A stretch of DNA of 64,000 nucleotides from an uncultured delta proteobacterium (GCA_963695875.1 CAVOID010000003.1:192001-256000); one strand, 5' to 3'. Counted from the stretch's first letter, positions 34,031 through 44,050 are shown. Program-made: numbers and translations. The notes: a model not told the origin generated them from the letters alone.

Positions 34031-35226
34031 ACAATCTCCCTGCCGATAATCATGTTCTGGACTTCCCGCACACCCTCGTAGATATCAATGATGTGTGCGT
34101 CCCTTGCCAGTTTTGATATTTCATATTCCTGCATGAAACCATAGCCGCCGTGCAGGTGAAGGCCTTCGTTCGCGCAGAAAAGTGCGGCCTCCGCGGCAAC
34201 ATTCTTTGCGAGGGAGGCAAAAATACCTCTGTCTTCCGATCTCTCCTGAACCTTGAATGCGGCCTTGAGCAGAGCCATTTCTGAAAGCTCCACCTTCTTC
34301 CACATCTGTACCAGTGTTTCTCTGGCAACGGGAAGGTCACAGATCCTCTGGCCGAACTGCTTGCGTTCTCTTGTATAAGCGAGTGTGACATCCAGCGCCC
34401 TCCTGGCGAGGCCGACACCAATGGCCGCTACCATGGGCCGTGCATAATCCAGAACGTCTATTACATACTTAAATCCCTGTCTCCGGTCACCGATGATCTG
34501 GTTTTCCTTAATAACAACATCTTCGAAGGTAACAGCGGCTGTGTTTGATAAGCGTTGTCCCAGTTTGTCTTCCGGCTTGCCTATGATGATCTTTCCCCCT
34601 CCCGGTAGGGTTATTTCCTTGCCTGCGGAGATATTTTTCTTGTCTGAAGGCAGGACGCGGTAGTGCGGGAACTATCACGCAGGCCATGAAATTACTCGAC
34701 GGTTTCCCGACCTTGCAAAATACTGTAAACTGTGAGGCATAGGAGGCATTGGTTATAAAGCACTTACTGCCGTTGAGAAGATACGTTCCATCGGCTCCCT
34801 TTTTGATAAATGTCGTCATGGCAGAGTTATCAGAACCGGCGCCCGGTTCTGTCAGACAGAAGGAGGCCAGCATGGGTTTTTCCACAAAGGGCCCTAAAAA
34901 AGTATGTCTTCTGCTCATCTGTGCCGTGCTGGGCAATGACCGTATTTGCCAAATCGTTGCACATTGCCGATGTGGAAATGCCCGTATCACCGTACGACAG
35001 TTCCTTAATGATCAGGGCCGTCGATAAAGGGTCAATTTCATATCCTTTAACTGATTCCGGTATACTCAGATTCAAAATGCCGAGATCCCAGGCCTTTGTG
35101 ATAACATCCCAGGGGAAAATCGTGACTTCTATCTAATTCCAGTACATGGGGAATTATTTCATTCTTTACAAACCTGCTGACAGTATCCACATACATCTGT
35201 TGATTATCGGAGAGAGTAAAATCCAT
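34027..35226 (-). CDS. Acyl-CoA dehydrogenase, frameshifted
   Basis: FCLTEPGAGSD, GSKCFITN, RKQFG, HGGYG, IYEG. Confidence 0.85.
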
Positions 35227-35270
35227 TATAAAAATCCTTTAAAAGTTTTAGGCATAAACGCCATAAATAG

Positions 35271-35286
35271 AGCATTATCTGTGCCA
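35271..35286 (-). promoter_or_regulatory. Sigma54 -24/-12 promoter of the fatty-acid cluster
   Basis: Minus strand TGGCAC-AGATA-ATGCT, 45 bp upstream of ATG 35226. Confidence 0.75.
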
Positions 35287-35416
35287 GCAGTACAGTTTAT
35301 ACGACTTTAAAACATAACACTTTATAATAATTGATGTAATGACCATTCAGGTGACAGCGTTAGAAGGTTCTCAGAGCAGTATTTTCCGGGCTTTCTCCGT
35401 GTAATTTTTTTTGCGG

Positions 35417-35434
35417 TGCGAATAATACTACGCA
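35417..35434. promoter_or_regulatory. Candidate upstream activator site TGCG-N10-CGCA
   Basis: TGCGAATAATACTACGCA about 130 bp upstream of the sigma54 promoter. Confidence 0.45.
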
Positions 35435-35611
35435 GAAGGACGGATTGTGGGTCAATAACACATTTGTCTATCTGAATAAACAAAAAAAGGTATGCATTTT
35501 ATAAAAGATTTATCTTGACAAGGTAAAAATATATGGAGTATCTTCCACGCAGCAAGAGATGGATTGATTGACCAACGTCAGAAAAATTTTTTGAAAGGGA
35601 GGTAAGAATCG

Positions 35612-35870
35612 ATGAGAAGACTTATTGCAATCATTATTTCCATTCTTTTCTTGGTAGGGCTGACTTTAACGTTGGCTGGCTGCCCGTCGGCACCGGAAAA
35701 GAAACCGGCTGAGCCTGCCAAGAAGGAAGCAGCGGCACCGGCACCAGCACCTGGGGCACCCGGAGCACCCGGAGCACCTGGGGCACCCGGAGCACCGGAG
35801 CGCCCGGAGCACCGGAGCACCAGCACCAGCGCCAGCAGCGCCAGCTCCGGCAGCACCTGCGCATAAGTAA
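35612..35870 (+). CDS. Small lipoprotein with Gly-Ala-Pro/Ala-Pro repeats
   Basis: GGAGG RBS, lipobox LAGC, 9-bp GGAGCACCC repeats; tail probably frameshifted. Confidence 0.75.
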
Positions 35871-35890
35871 TATCATTAATTTTCTGAAAG

Positions 35891-35936
35891 AAAAAAACAG
35901 CCGAGTATGTCATAAGCATGCTCGGCTTGTTTTTTG
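35891..35936 (+). terminator. Intrinsic terminator
   Basis: AGCCGAGTATG...CATGCTCGGCT followed by T run. Confidence 0.7.
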
Positions 35937-36031
35937 CTTTTTCTGATGAATATATTTTGTGTCTTTCTTGACTTCCTTATCTTTTGTCGATATTATCCCT
36001 TCAAATACTTATCTAAGAAAAATAATGATTT

Positions 36032-37552
36032 ATGGAAGCTTTCACATTAGCAACAGTTAGCCTGATAATTTCCATAGCTCTGATTATCAATAAAAAAAAA
36101 GTTCCCACCCATCTGTACTTTGCTTTTTTGTGTCTGGCGCTTTTTTTCCATAAAGGGGGTGCCTTTTTCTATGAAATGCTTGGTAATGATTTATGGAAGA
36201 TTTTCAAGTACCTTGGGTTGATCGCCATTCCTCCTTGTTCTGTAAAGTTTATCCGCTCACTTCTTCACGAACAAACATTTTTGTCAAAAAGAGATATTAT
36301 ATCCACAACGGTGTTCAGCATATTCCTTTTCATGATTTTTTTCTCCCCCCTGTATAAGTGGGCTTATCTGGAAACATTCCTTTTGATATATACCAGTTCT
36401 ACGCTTCTTATCTGTTACATAGCTCTTATCAGCTTTATTAGAAAAAGGCCCATGGGTGTAGAAAGGACGCGAATGGTATATCTGTCAGTTGCCTGCGCGG
36501 CAACAGCAGTCCTTAGCGCCTTTGACATACTGTATTATTATGGATACGCGTTTCCTCCTATCTCAAATCTCTTTATAGCTATACTCCTCTATTTTGTTCT
36601 GATTCTTATTACACATCCTCGTCTTCCCGAATTGCATGAATTCATGGCAAGGGCGCTTGTTCTCTCCATCATCACTCTCTTTGCAACAGTTACCATTGCT
36701 CTCATTATAGGGCTGTTCGGAAAAGGGGAAAGTCCGCCCTTTACCCTTGTATTGTTGGCGTCCTTTATTATTGTTATTGCCACGGAACCTTTCAAGCTCG
36801 TCTTAAAAGCCATATTCAGCTATACATACCCGGAAGGCAAGGATATTTTTACTTCTCTTTATGCCCTTGATGAAAAGCTGGAGAGAGAAAAATCTCTCCT
36901 CCTGGAGGAAATGGCGCCTGTATTAGCTCATGAAATACGCAATCCCCTGGGTTCCATCAAAGGCGCTGCACAGTATCTCAGATCCGAATCGAATACCAGT
37001 GAGAATCAAAAGCTGATAGACGTCATAATAGAAGAAGCAGACCGGTTGAACAGCGTTGTTTCTCAATTTCTCAATTATGCCAAACCATACACCCTGAATT
37101 TGAAAATGCAGGACGTTAATCAAATTATTGAGAAGGCCATATCAGTCATCGAAGCGAGTCCCCGGTTAGATAATATTGTTTTAGAGAAAGAGTTGCGTCC
37201 CGATTTGCCTCTCATAGCTGTGGATTCGGAACAACTGGTTCAGGTTATTCTGAATATTGCATTTAACGCTATAGAGGCTATGCAGGCTGAAGGGACCTTG
37301 ATTTTCAGGACATCAAAGATTGAAAGCGGTGACGGCGAAGCAGTGGGTATTTCTATCAGGGATACGGGAAAAGGGATAAGAAAAGAAGAAATGAAAAATA
37401 TTTTCAAACCGTTTTTCACAACAAAGGAAAGGGGGGTCGGGCTTGGACTTGCCATCTGCCAGAGGATCATTAAGAATCATGGCGGCCACATAAAGGTCAA
37501 GTCGATCCCCATGCAGGGGAGTATATTTTATATCAGGCTGGGTGTGACATAA
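36032..37552 (+). CDS. Polytopic membrane histidine kinase
   Basis: About 8 hydrophobic segments then AHEIRNPL, NAIEA, DTGKGI, GVGLGL. Confidence 0.9.
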   Translation: MEAFTLATVSLIISIALIINKKKVPTHLYFAFLCLALFFHKGGAFFYEMLGNDLWKIFKYLGLIAIPPCSVKFIRSLLHEQTFLSKRDIISTTVFSIFLFMIFFSPLYKWAYLETFLLIYTSSTLLICYIALISFIRKRPMGVERTRMVYLSVACAATAVLSAFDILYYYGYAFPPISNLFIAILLYFVLILITHPRLPELHEFMARALVLSIITLFATVTIALIIGLFGKGESPPFTLVLLASFIIVIATEPFKLVLKAIFSYTYPEGKDIFTSLYALDEKLEREKSLLLEEMAPVLAHEIRNPLGSIKGAAQYLRSESNTSENQKLIDVIIEEADRLNSVVSQFLNYAKPYTLNLKMQDVNQIIEKAISVIEASPRLDNIVLEKELRPDLPLIAVDSEQLVQVILNIAFNAIEAMQAEGTLIFRTSKIESGDGEAVGISIRDTGKGIRKEEMKNIFKPFFTTKERGVGLGLAICQRIIKNHGGHIKVKSIPMQGSIFYIRLGVT

Positions 37553-38919
37553 TGGATAAAATTCTTATTGTTGATGATGAACTCAATATGCGGCTGGTCT
37601 TGAAGGCCCTGTTGAATAAAGAAGGGTATGATGTAGCCACGGCATCGGATGGCCTTGAGGCTTTGAAGATCCTCAAGAACGGGGATGTGGAAGTCGTTGT
37701 GACTGATCTGAAGATGCCTAAACTGGATGGAGTGGGCCTACTGGAAAGAGTAATTCGCGATTATCCTTCCACGCCGGTAATCATTATAACCGCTCATGGT
37801 ACAATTGCCACGGCGGTGGACGCATTGAAGAAGGGTGCCTTCGATTATATTACGAAGCCGTTTGATCGGGATGAATTAAAAAATATAATCCATAAGGCCA
37901 TAAAGACCCGGCGCTTGAATGAAGAAGAACTGTTCGTCAGTCCCGATGAGATAGACCGGCAGGGGATAGTGGGATCAAGTGAACCCATGGTGAAAATATA
38001 TGATACCATCAAGAAGGTAGCCCCGACGTCGACAAGCGTGATGATTACGGGTGAAACAGGTACCGGTAAGGATCTCATAGCCTATGCCATTCACAGCAAC
38101 AGCCCCCGCAGGGATAACCCGTTTGTTAAGATTAATTGTGCCGCCATCGCGGAGAACCTGATTGAAAGTGAGCTTTTCGGCCATGAGAAAGGGGCCTTCA
38201 CCGGGGCGGTGTCCATGAAACCGGGTAAATTCGAACTGGCAGACAAGGGGACCTTGTTTTTGGATGAAGTAGGAGAGATCCCCAGGGACATGCAGGTGAA
38301 ACTCCTCAGGGTAATCCAGGATCGCGAATTCGAGCGGGTCGGAGGGTTGCGCATAATCAAGGTAGATGTCAGGTTAATTTCGGCGACAAACAGGAATCTT
38401 CTTCAAGACGTAAAAGACGGGAGATTCAGAGAAGATCTTTATTACCGGCTTAACGTTTTCCCCACACACCTGTCTCCCCTTCGGGAAAGGAAAGAAGACA
38501 TTCTTCCGCTAACCGACTACTTTATCGACAAATTCAATAAAAAGTTAGACAGGACGGTTAAACATATCGATCCACGAGTGAAAGAAGTCCTTGTTAATTA
38601 TGATTGGCCTGGCAACATCAGGGAACTGGAAAATTTCATAGAACGAATTGTTCTCATGGCAGGTACTGATACGATCACTTTCGAAGATATCCCCCCGGAA
38701 TGGAGATCGGCCGCCGAAGCTTTCTCTGTTTCCGCAAGAACGGGACAGAAAAAACCCTTTAAAGATTTCGTGAAGAGTCATATGGAAGAGGTGGAAAAGC
38801 AGACCATAATACAGTGTCTGGAGGAGTGCGGCGGCAATGTTACAAAGGCGGCCCAGCGTCTCGGTCTCAGCAGGAAGGGGCTGCAATTGAAAATGATAAA
38901 ATATAACCTCCGCAAATAA
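37552..38919 (+). CDS. Sigma54-dependent response regulator (NtrC/AtoC family)
   Basis: Receiver, GETGTGK, GAFTGA, WPGNIREL, HTH. Confidence 0.95.
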   Translation: MDKILIVDDELNMRLVLKALLNKEGYDVATASDGLEALKILKNGDVEVVVTDLKMPKLDGVGLLERVIRDYPSTPVIIITAHGTIATAVDALKKGAFDYITKPFDRDELKNIIHKAIKTRRLNEEELFVSPDEIDRQGIVGSSEPMVKIYDTIKKVAPTSTSVMITGETGTGKDLIAYAIHSNSPRRDNPFVKINCAAIAENLIESELFGHEKGAFTGAVSMKPGKFELADKGTLFLDEVGEIPRDMQVKLLRVIQDREFERVGGLRIIKVDVRLISATNRNLLQDVKDGRFREDLYYRLNVFPTHLSPLRERKEDILPLTDYFIDKFNKKLDRTVKHIDPRVKEVLVNYDWPGNIRELENFIERIVLMAGTDTITFEDIPPEWRSAAEAFSVSARTGQKKPFKDFVKSHMEEVEKQTIIQCLEECGGNVTKAAQRLGLSRKGLQLKMIKYNLRK

Positions 38920-39046
38920 AACATGGATAATCCGCAGGAATATATCACGCTAAAAAAATCTCGGAGACAGACCTTTGAAAAATTGCTTTAATGTTCAGTG
39001 CAAGGAGCATAGTGATATGGCAGTCTCTCTCAGTATCAGTAAATTA

Positions 39047-39075
39047 TGAGATTGCTTTGCTTCGTTCGCGATGAC
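39047..39075. repeat. Degenerate REP-like unit (GAGATTGCTT..CTTCG.TCGC.ATGAC)
   Basis: Half of a common intergenic palindromic repeat pattern. Confidence 0.35.
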
Positions 39076-39139
39076 AGGGGGGAAATCTTCCAGAGTTTTT
39101 GCGTAAATCAAAACTACCTAAATTTACCAGGAGGGGAGA

Positions 39140-40123
39140 ATGAAAACGTTGATCTTCACGAAGAAGGATGTACAAAAAGTGCTGACGCCGGCATTGGCTA
39201 ATAAGACTGTAGAAAAGGCGTTCAAGGCGTATGGCCTGGGCCAGGCCGATATGCCGGCCAAGAGCTATCTTTACTTTGAAAAGGGAGATCTGCGTGCTAT
39301 GCCGGCTTACATTCACGGCCAGGGTTTTGATATTGCCGGGATAAAAAGCGTAAATGTGCACCCCGAGAACGCCAAATATGGCCTTCCGACAGTCATGGCG
39401 GTGATCATCCTTGTTGACCCCCAAAACGGATATCCTCTCGCAATATTAGATGGTACATACCTGACGAGCATCCGCACCGGCGCTGCGGGGGCGCTGGCGG
39501 TGAAATTCTTAAGCAGGAAGAACGCGAAGGTTGCCGGATTCGTCGGTTGCGGAGTCCAGGCGCGCACGCAGCTGATGTGCATTCTTGAGGTGCGGAAGCT
39601 AAGGACCATTAAAATATGGCAGTTTAAACCTGAGGACGAGTATGCACCCCGGTTCAAGGACTGGGCGGAAGAAACATATGGATTGGAAACAGCCATCTCG
39701 CCGGATATCGATGAAATAACAACCGGTGTTGATATCCTTATCACTTCTACGCCATCCCGAAAGCCCCTGGTATACGGTGTTTCTCCCGGCACCCACATCA
39801 ATGCCGTCGGCGCCGACGCTGAAGGGAAGCAGGAGATCAATCCGAAGATATTGAGACAGGCGAAGCTGGTCATCGATGACTGGGCCCAGGCGTCACACAG
39901 TGGCGAAATCAATGTACCTTTCCGCAGGAGACAAATTACCGAGAAAGATGTCTACGCGGGACTCGGAGAAGTCGCCGCCGGAAAGAAAAAAGGAAGAACA
40001 TCAGACGAAGAAATCACCATCTTCGATTCCACTGGACTGGCTATTCAGGATGTATCCTGTGCGTATACCGTTTATGAAGCACTTAAAGACAAACCGGGAA
40101 TTAAAAAGATTGAATTGTTTTAG
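39140..40123 (+). CDS. ala: Alanine dehydrogenase, ornithine cyclodeaminase/mu-crystallin (archaeal) type
   Basis: MPAKSYL, GDLRAMPAY, GLPTVMA, RTGAAG, FDSTGLAIQD. Confidence 0.8.
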   Translation: MKTLIFTKKDVQKVLTPALANKTVEKAFKAYGLGQADMPAKSYLYFEKGDLRAMPAYIHGQGFDIAGIKSVNVHPENAKYGLPTVMAVIILVDPQNGYPLAILDGTYLTSIRTGAAGALAVKFLSRKNAKVAGFVGCGVQARTQLMCILEVRKLRTIKIWQFKPEDEYAPRFKDWAEETYGLETAISPDIDEITTGVDILITSTPSRKPLVYGVSPGTHINAVGADAEGKQEINPKILRQAKLVIDDWAQASHSGEINVPFRRRQITEKDVYAGLGEVAAGKKKGRTSDEEITIFDSTGLAIQDVSCAYTVYEALKDKPGIKKIELF

Positions 40124-40129
40124 TTCAGT

Positions 40130-40643
40130 GATACCTGGCCTTTTTCAGGGCAAAGCCTTAGAAAAAGAACTCCGCTGCCTGGCGGACAGTGTGCGAAAAA
40201 CCACATCCTATCTTCGCCCGGAACTGCTGGATCACCTGGGACTTATCCCCACCCTGGAGTGGTACATCCAAGAGTTCTCCGAACGACGTCCTGAAGTTGA
40301 AGTGGATTTTCAAACCCTCGGGTTGAAGAAAAGGCTGAGTCCTGAAATTGAAATCGTCCTCTACAGGATCTTTCAGGAATGTCTGACCAACATTGCGAAA
40401 CATGCAAAGGCAACCCGGGTGGAGATTATGCTCACGTACAGCCATCCGCGTGTGATTCTTATCATCCGGGACAATGGTGTCGGGTATGAACAAAAGCGGC
40501 TGGAGTCGGACCGAAACGTTGATTCCAGGGGCATCGGACTTCTCAGCATGAGAGAACGCGTTGCATCCCTTGGAGGTTCGATTGATGTAACCTCTGCCCC
40601 CGGAAAAGGAACAACAATCAGAGCGGATATCCCGGTAGTGTGA
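40130..40643 (+). pseudogene. C-terminal remnant of a NarX/HisKA_3-type histidine kinase
   Basis: LRPELLDHLGL, RIFQECLTNIAKHA, DNGVG, GIGLLSMRER present; no H-box, sensor or proper start. Confidence 0.7.
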
Positions 40644-41312
40644 ATGAAAAATATTCAGATCCTGATTGTAGATGATCACGCCATTGTGCGCGATGGGCTC
40701 AGGCAATTGCTCAGCAGTCAGCCTGACATGGAGGTGGCCGGCGAAGCGGAGGACGGTCATGCTGCCTTGAAGAAGGTGAAATCCCTTCACCCGGACGTTA
40801 TTCTACTGGACATTGCCATGCCTCGCCTGAGCGGTCTCGAGATCATCGGCATCATTCGCGAAACGGCGCCGGAAACTCAGGTTGTGGTTTTGTCGATGCA
40901 TGCGAAGGAAACCTTCGTCCAGCAGGTTCTGGCGGCGGGTGCCATGGGGTATGTCCTGAAGGCATCTCCCAGCTCAGATATCCTGGAGGCTATCCGGGCG
41001 GCGAACCGCGGCGAATACTATCTCAGTTCCCGCCTGAAGGCGGAGGTGATCGGCAGGTATCTCAAGAGCAGGCAAAGTGCACCTTCAGTTCGCGGGTACG
41101 ATCTTCTTACCGAACGGGAACAGCAGGTATTCCGTCTGGTGGCGCAAGGCCACTCCACAGGCCGGATTGCAGAAATCCTATGCGTTAGCCCCAAGACCGT
41201 GGAAAAGCACCGCACCAGCCTTATGAACAAACTGGGTGTGCACGACCGCCTGGAGCTTCTGAAATACGCCATCAAAATCGGCGTCGTCGACCCGGAGCTG
41301 TGGGAAGATTAA
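40644..41312 (+). CDS. NarL/LuxR family response regulator
   Basis: DDHAIVR, DIAMP, LTERE, SPKTVEKHR. Confidence 0.95.
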   Translation: MKNIQILIVDDHAIVRDGLRQLLSSQPDMEVAGEAEDGHAALKKVKSLHPDVILLDIAMPRLSGLEIIGIIRETAPETQVVVLSMHAKETFVQQVLAAGAMGYVLKASPSSDILEAIRAANRGEYYLSSRLKAEVIGRYLKSRQSAPSVRGYDLLTEREQQVFRLVAQGHSTGRIAEILCVSPKTVEKHRTSLMNKLGVHDRLELLKYAIKIGVVDPELWED

Positions 41313-41445
41313 TGTTTACCGCAGCTTCAAGTTTCTGGTTTCTATAGTTTTAAGTTAAGAAAAGAGATTATCAAGGCCAAAGGGGTCAGTCGGGTTGTAC
41401 GATTGAATTTCCGATTTTTTTGTGGGAAAGTAATAAACTATTAAA

Positions 41446-41481
41446 CAAGAAAGGGTGGAGCAGTTCCCCGCCCTTTCTTGC
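41446..41481. terminator. Hairpin between convergent genes (bidirectional terminator candidate)
   Basis: CAAGAAAGGGTGG...CCGCCCTTTCTTG. Confidence 0.55.
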
Positions 41482-41612
41482 ATTAGAGAGTACTTGCATT
41501 ATTTGTTCTGAACTGAACTTGACCTGAAAAACAATAACAAGAGTATAAGCCAAGACTCATCAGTATCCGGTTGTCTCTTTCCTGCCACAGATCAGGATAA
41601 TGTTTACCCTCC

Positions 41613-41942
41613 TTAGTATCTGCGACCCCCTCCACTGTTTCCGCCTCTATATCCTCCGCTTCGACCGGAATCTCGTCTCGGGCCTCCCTGCTCTCTTTTG
41701 GGTCTGGCCTCGTTGACGACAATTATATTGCCGTCAAGCTTTCCACCGTTGAACATGTCGATGGCTTGACGCGCGCCTTCCTCAGTTTCCATTTCCACGA
41801 ATCCAAATCCCTTGGACTGTTTTGTATAATTATCTTTGATAAGAGTCACTGTAGCTATTTTCCCCGCGTTAGCAAAATTGTCCTTTATGGTATCTTCGGT
41901 AACATTTACCGTGAGATTGCCGACATATAAATTTTTATTCAT
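41613..41942 (-). CDS. RRM RNA-binding protein with Gly-rich tail
   Basis: LYVGNL (RNP2), KGFGFVEM (RNP1), VNEARP. Confidence 0.95.
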   Translation of the reverse strand: MNKNLYVGNLTVNVTEDTIKDNFANAGKIATVTLIKDNYTKQSKGFGFVEMETEEGARQAIDMFNGGKLDGNIIVVNEARPKREQGGPRRDSGRSGGYRGGNSGGGRRY

Positions 41943-42027
41943 GTATTTTCCTCTTGTTTAAATTGTTAATGAATCTTATGAACCCCACGTTAACGATCAC
42001 CGGCACGCAGGATTATTGGTAAAAACA

Positions 42028-42063
42028 AAAAGGCACTCCCACTATTTTATGTCTGAGTGCCTC
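42028..42063 (-). terminator. Terminator after cold-shock gene
   Basis: Minus strand AGGCACTC...GAGTGCCT followed by T run. Confidence 0.55.
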
Positions 42064-42082
42064 TTGCTTACTTCTTGTGAGC

Positions 42083-42283
42083 TTATAATGGCTTCACATT
42101 TTCTGCTGCCGGGCCCTTTTTGCCCTGCGTAACATCAAAACTGACACGCTGGCCTTCATTTAGCGTCTTGAAGCCGCTGGTTTGTATGGCACTGTGATGA
42201 ACAAACACATCGCCACCGTCATCTTTTTCGATGAAACCAAAGCCTTTACTCTCATTAAACCACTTTACTTTACCTTCTGACAT
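42083..42283 (-). CDS. csp: Cold-shock protein (CspA family)
   Basis: GKVKWFN, KGFGFI, DVFVH. Confidence 0.97.
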   Translation of the reverse strand: MSEGKVKWFNESKGFGFIEKDDGGDVFVHHSAIQTSGFKTLNEGQRVSFDVTQGKKGPAAENVKPL

Positions 42284-42612
42284 AACTTTAATCCTCCTTT
42301 CTAAAAATTCTCTTAAGTCGGATTTTCACTATGACAGAAAGAAAAAAGCCACCGATACTCTAAAAAGTATGGCGGCCATCCTTTGCAATTCAAAATGTAT
42401 TAATCCAAACTTACTTAGTTAGTATTATATATAGAGTCTTTTATCAGAAGTCAAGGACTAATCTTTAATATTTAATTATTTCAATAAATTGTTTGATATT
42501 TCTAGCCATTTCAAATGAATAACATCGTCATGTGATCTTAGTTTTTTATTTTAGTACATCGATGCAAGCTTTCAGTCCTCAATCCAGACTTGGAACTATC
42601 TACATGCAAAAG

Positions 42613-42650
42613 TAGGGTCTTTCCCCGCCTAAATGGGGTGCTCCCCCCAT
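42613..42650. promoter_or_regulatory. Tandem GGG..CCC palindromes, candidate NarL/LuxR-type operator
   Basis: TAGGGTCTTTCCCC and ATGGGGTGCTCCCCCCAT about 90-120 bp before the permease start. Confidence 0.45.
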
Positions 42651-42736
42651 TGTCTTCATTCCCCCGAATATCTTAAGGTTGTATCCGGCAGATAAGAATA
42701 TTCAGCTTGATCATACAAAAGAGAGGAGGGTTTATT

Positions 42737-44050
42737 ATGGATCTAAATACCATCAGTACAATTGGAATCATTGTTTCACTGGCTTTCATTATTGTTCTTG
42801 CCCTCAGAGGGTGGCATATCATCATCATTGCTCCATTGGCCGCGATACTTGTTGCCTTGTTCTCCAACATGACTGTACTTGATACGCTTACCGGGCCATA
42901 CATGAAAGGGTTCATCAACTACGCGGGAAAGTTTTATCTCATTTTCCTAATGGGGTCCGTCTTCGGCAAATTCATGGAGGACAGCGGCGCTGCGCGCTCC
43001 ATCTCCCATTCGATCCTCAACATCATCGGCCGTGCAAACCCGCTGAGGGTCTTGCTGGCAGTCTCCGTCATCTGTATGGTGCTGACATATGGCGGCGTCA
43101 GCCTCTTTGTAGTTATCTTTACGGTTATTCCCATTGCCAGACCCCTATTCAAGGAAGCGGATCTGCCCTGGCATTTGTTTGTTCTTGCCTTCGTCTTTGG
43201 GGCCGCTTCGCTGACCATGACCATGCTGCCCGGCTCCCCGCAAATTCAAAATATCATGCCTACCAAGTACATGCAATCCACTGCAATGGCCGCCCCGATT
43301 ATCGGTCTAATGGGCGCTGCAGTCGTCTTGACGCTTAACATCCTTTACATGAAATATTGTCTAAAGAAGGTGAAGGAAAAGGGAGAGGTTTACGTTCCCC
43401 CAACCGGTACGGGGGTTATTGGTTCGGGTCCCGAAGTGGAAAAACTGCCCAATGTCTGGCTGAGCTTGATTCCGATGATTGCGGTGATCGTATTATTGAA
43501 TGTCCCCGGAATAAAGATTGATATTATTTACTCTCTCGGCGGCGGTGCCCTCATCGCAGCCATCCTGTTCTGGAAACGTTATGCCAATATACTCGATACC
43601 CTGAACAAAGGGGCCATCAACACCGTTATCCCCATCGTCAACACTTGTGCCGACGTCGGTTACGGGATGGCTGTTGCGGCAACGGCCGGCTTCAAGGTCG
43701 TTTCCGCATGGCTTTTGACTTTGCCCATGCATCCCATCATCTCGTTGTCCATCGCCACGAACATCATGGCCGGTATAACGGGGTCGGCTTCCGGCGGAAT
43801 GGGAATTATTCTGGAAACACTGGCTCCCAAATATCTCGCTCTGGGTTTAAGTCCGGAACTCGTACATCGCATTGTTGCCATGTCCTCCGGTTGTTTCGAT
43901 GCCATGCCTCATAACGGTGTCGTAATCACGATTCTCGCAGTTTGCGGACTGACCCATGTGGACGCCTACAGGCATATCTGGTGGGGCCATGTTGTCGCCA
44001 CATTGATTGCGCTTGTCATCGTCATTCCTCTGGGCATATTGATTTACTGA
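42737..44050 (+). CDS. GntP family permease
   Basis: SGAA, LTYGGVSLFVV, PGSPQIQN, GITGSASGG, MPHNG. Confidence 0.9.
   Translation: MDLNTISTIGIIVSLAFIIVLALRGWHIIIIAPLAAILVALFSNMTVLDTLTGPYMKGFINYAGKFYLIFLMGSVFGKFMEDSGAARSISHSILNIIGRANPLRVLLAVSVICMVLTYGGVSLFVVIFTVIPIARPLFKEADLPWHLFVLAFVFGAASLTMTMLPGSPQIQNIMPTKYMQSTAMAAPIIGLMGAAVVLTLNILYMKYCLKKVKEKGEVYVPPTGTGVIGSGPEVEKLPNVWLSLIPMIAVIVLLNVPGIKIDIIYSLGGGALIAAILFWKRYANILDTLNKGAINTVIPIVNTCADVGYGMAVAATAGFKVVSAWLLTLPMHPIISLSIATNIMAGITGSASGGMGIILETLAPKYLALGLSPELVHRIVAMSSGCFDAMPHNGVVITILAVCGLTHVDAYRHIWWGHVVATLIALVIVIPLGILIY

Noticed and set aside
18810..35226. Many split genes suggesting mass pseudogenisation or programmed frameshifting
   Set aside because: Many breaks fall at short homopolymers, they are almost all frameshifts rather than nonsense substitutions, and they also hit genes such as thyX; best explained as long-read indel errors
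35730..35860. Short tandem repeats as CRISPR or non-coding satellite
   Set aside because: 6-9 bp coding repeats with no spacers
39876..40130. N-terminal part of the 255-aa ORF overlapping alanine dehydrogenase
   Set aside because: Shadow frame of the upstream gene with no kinase features
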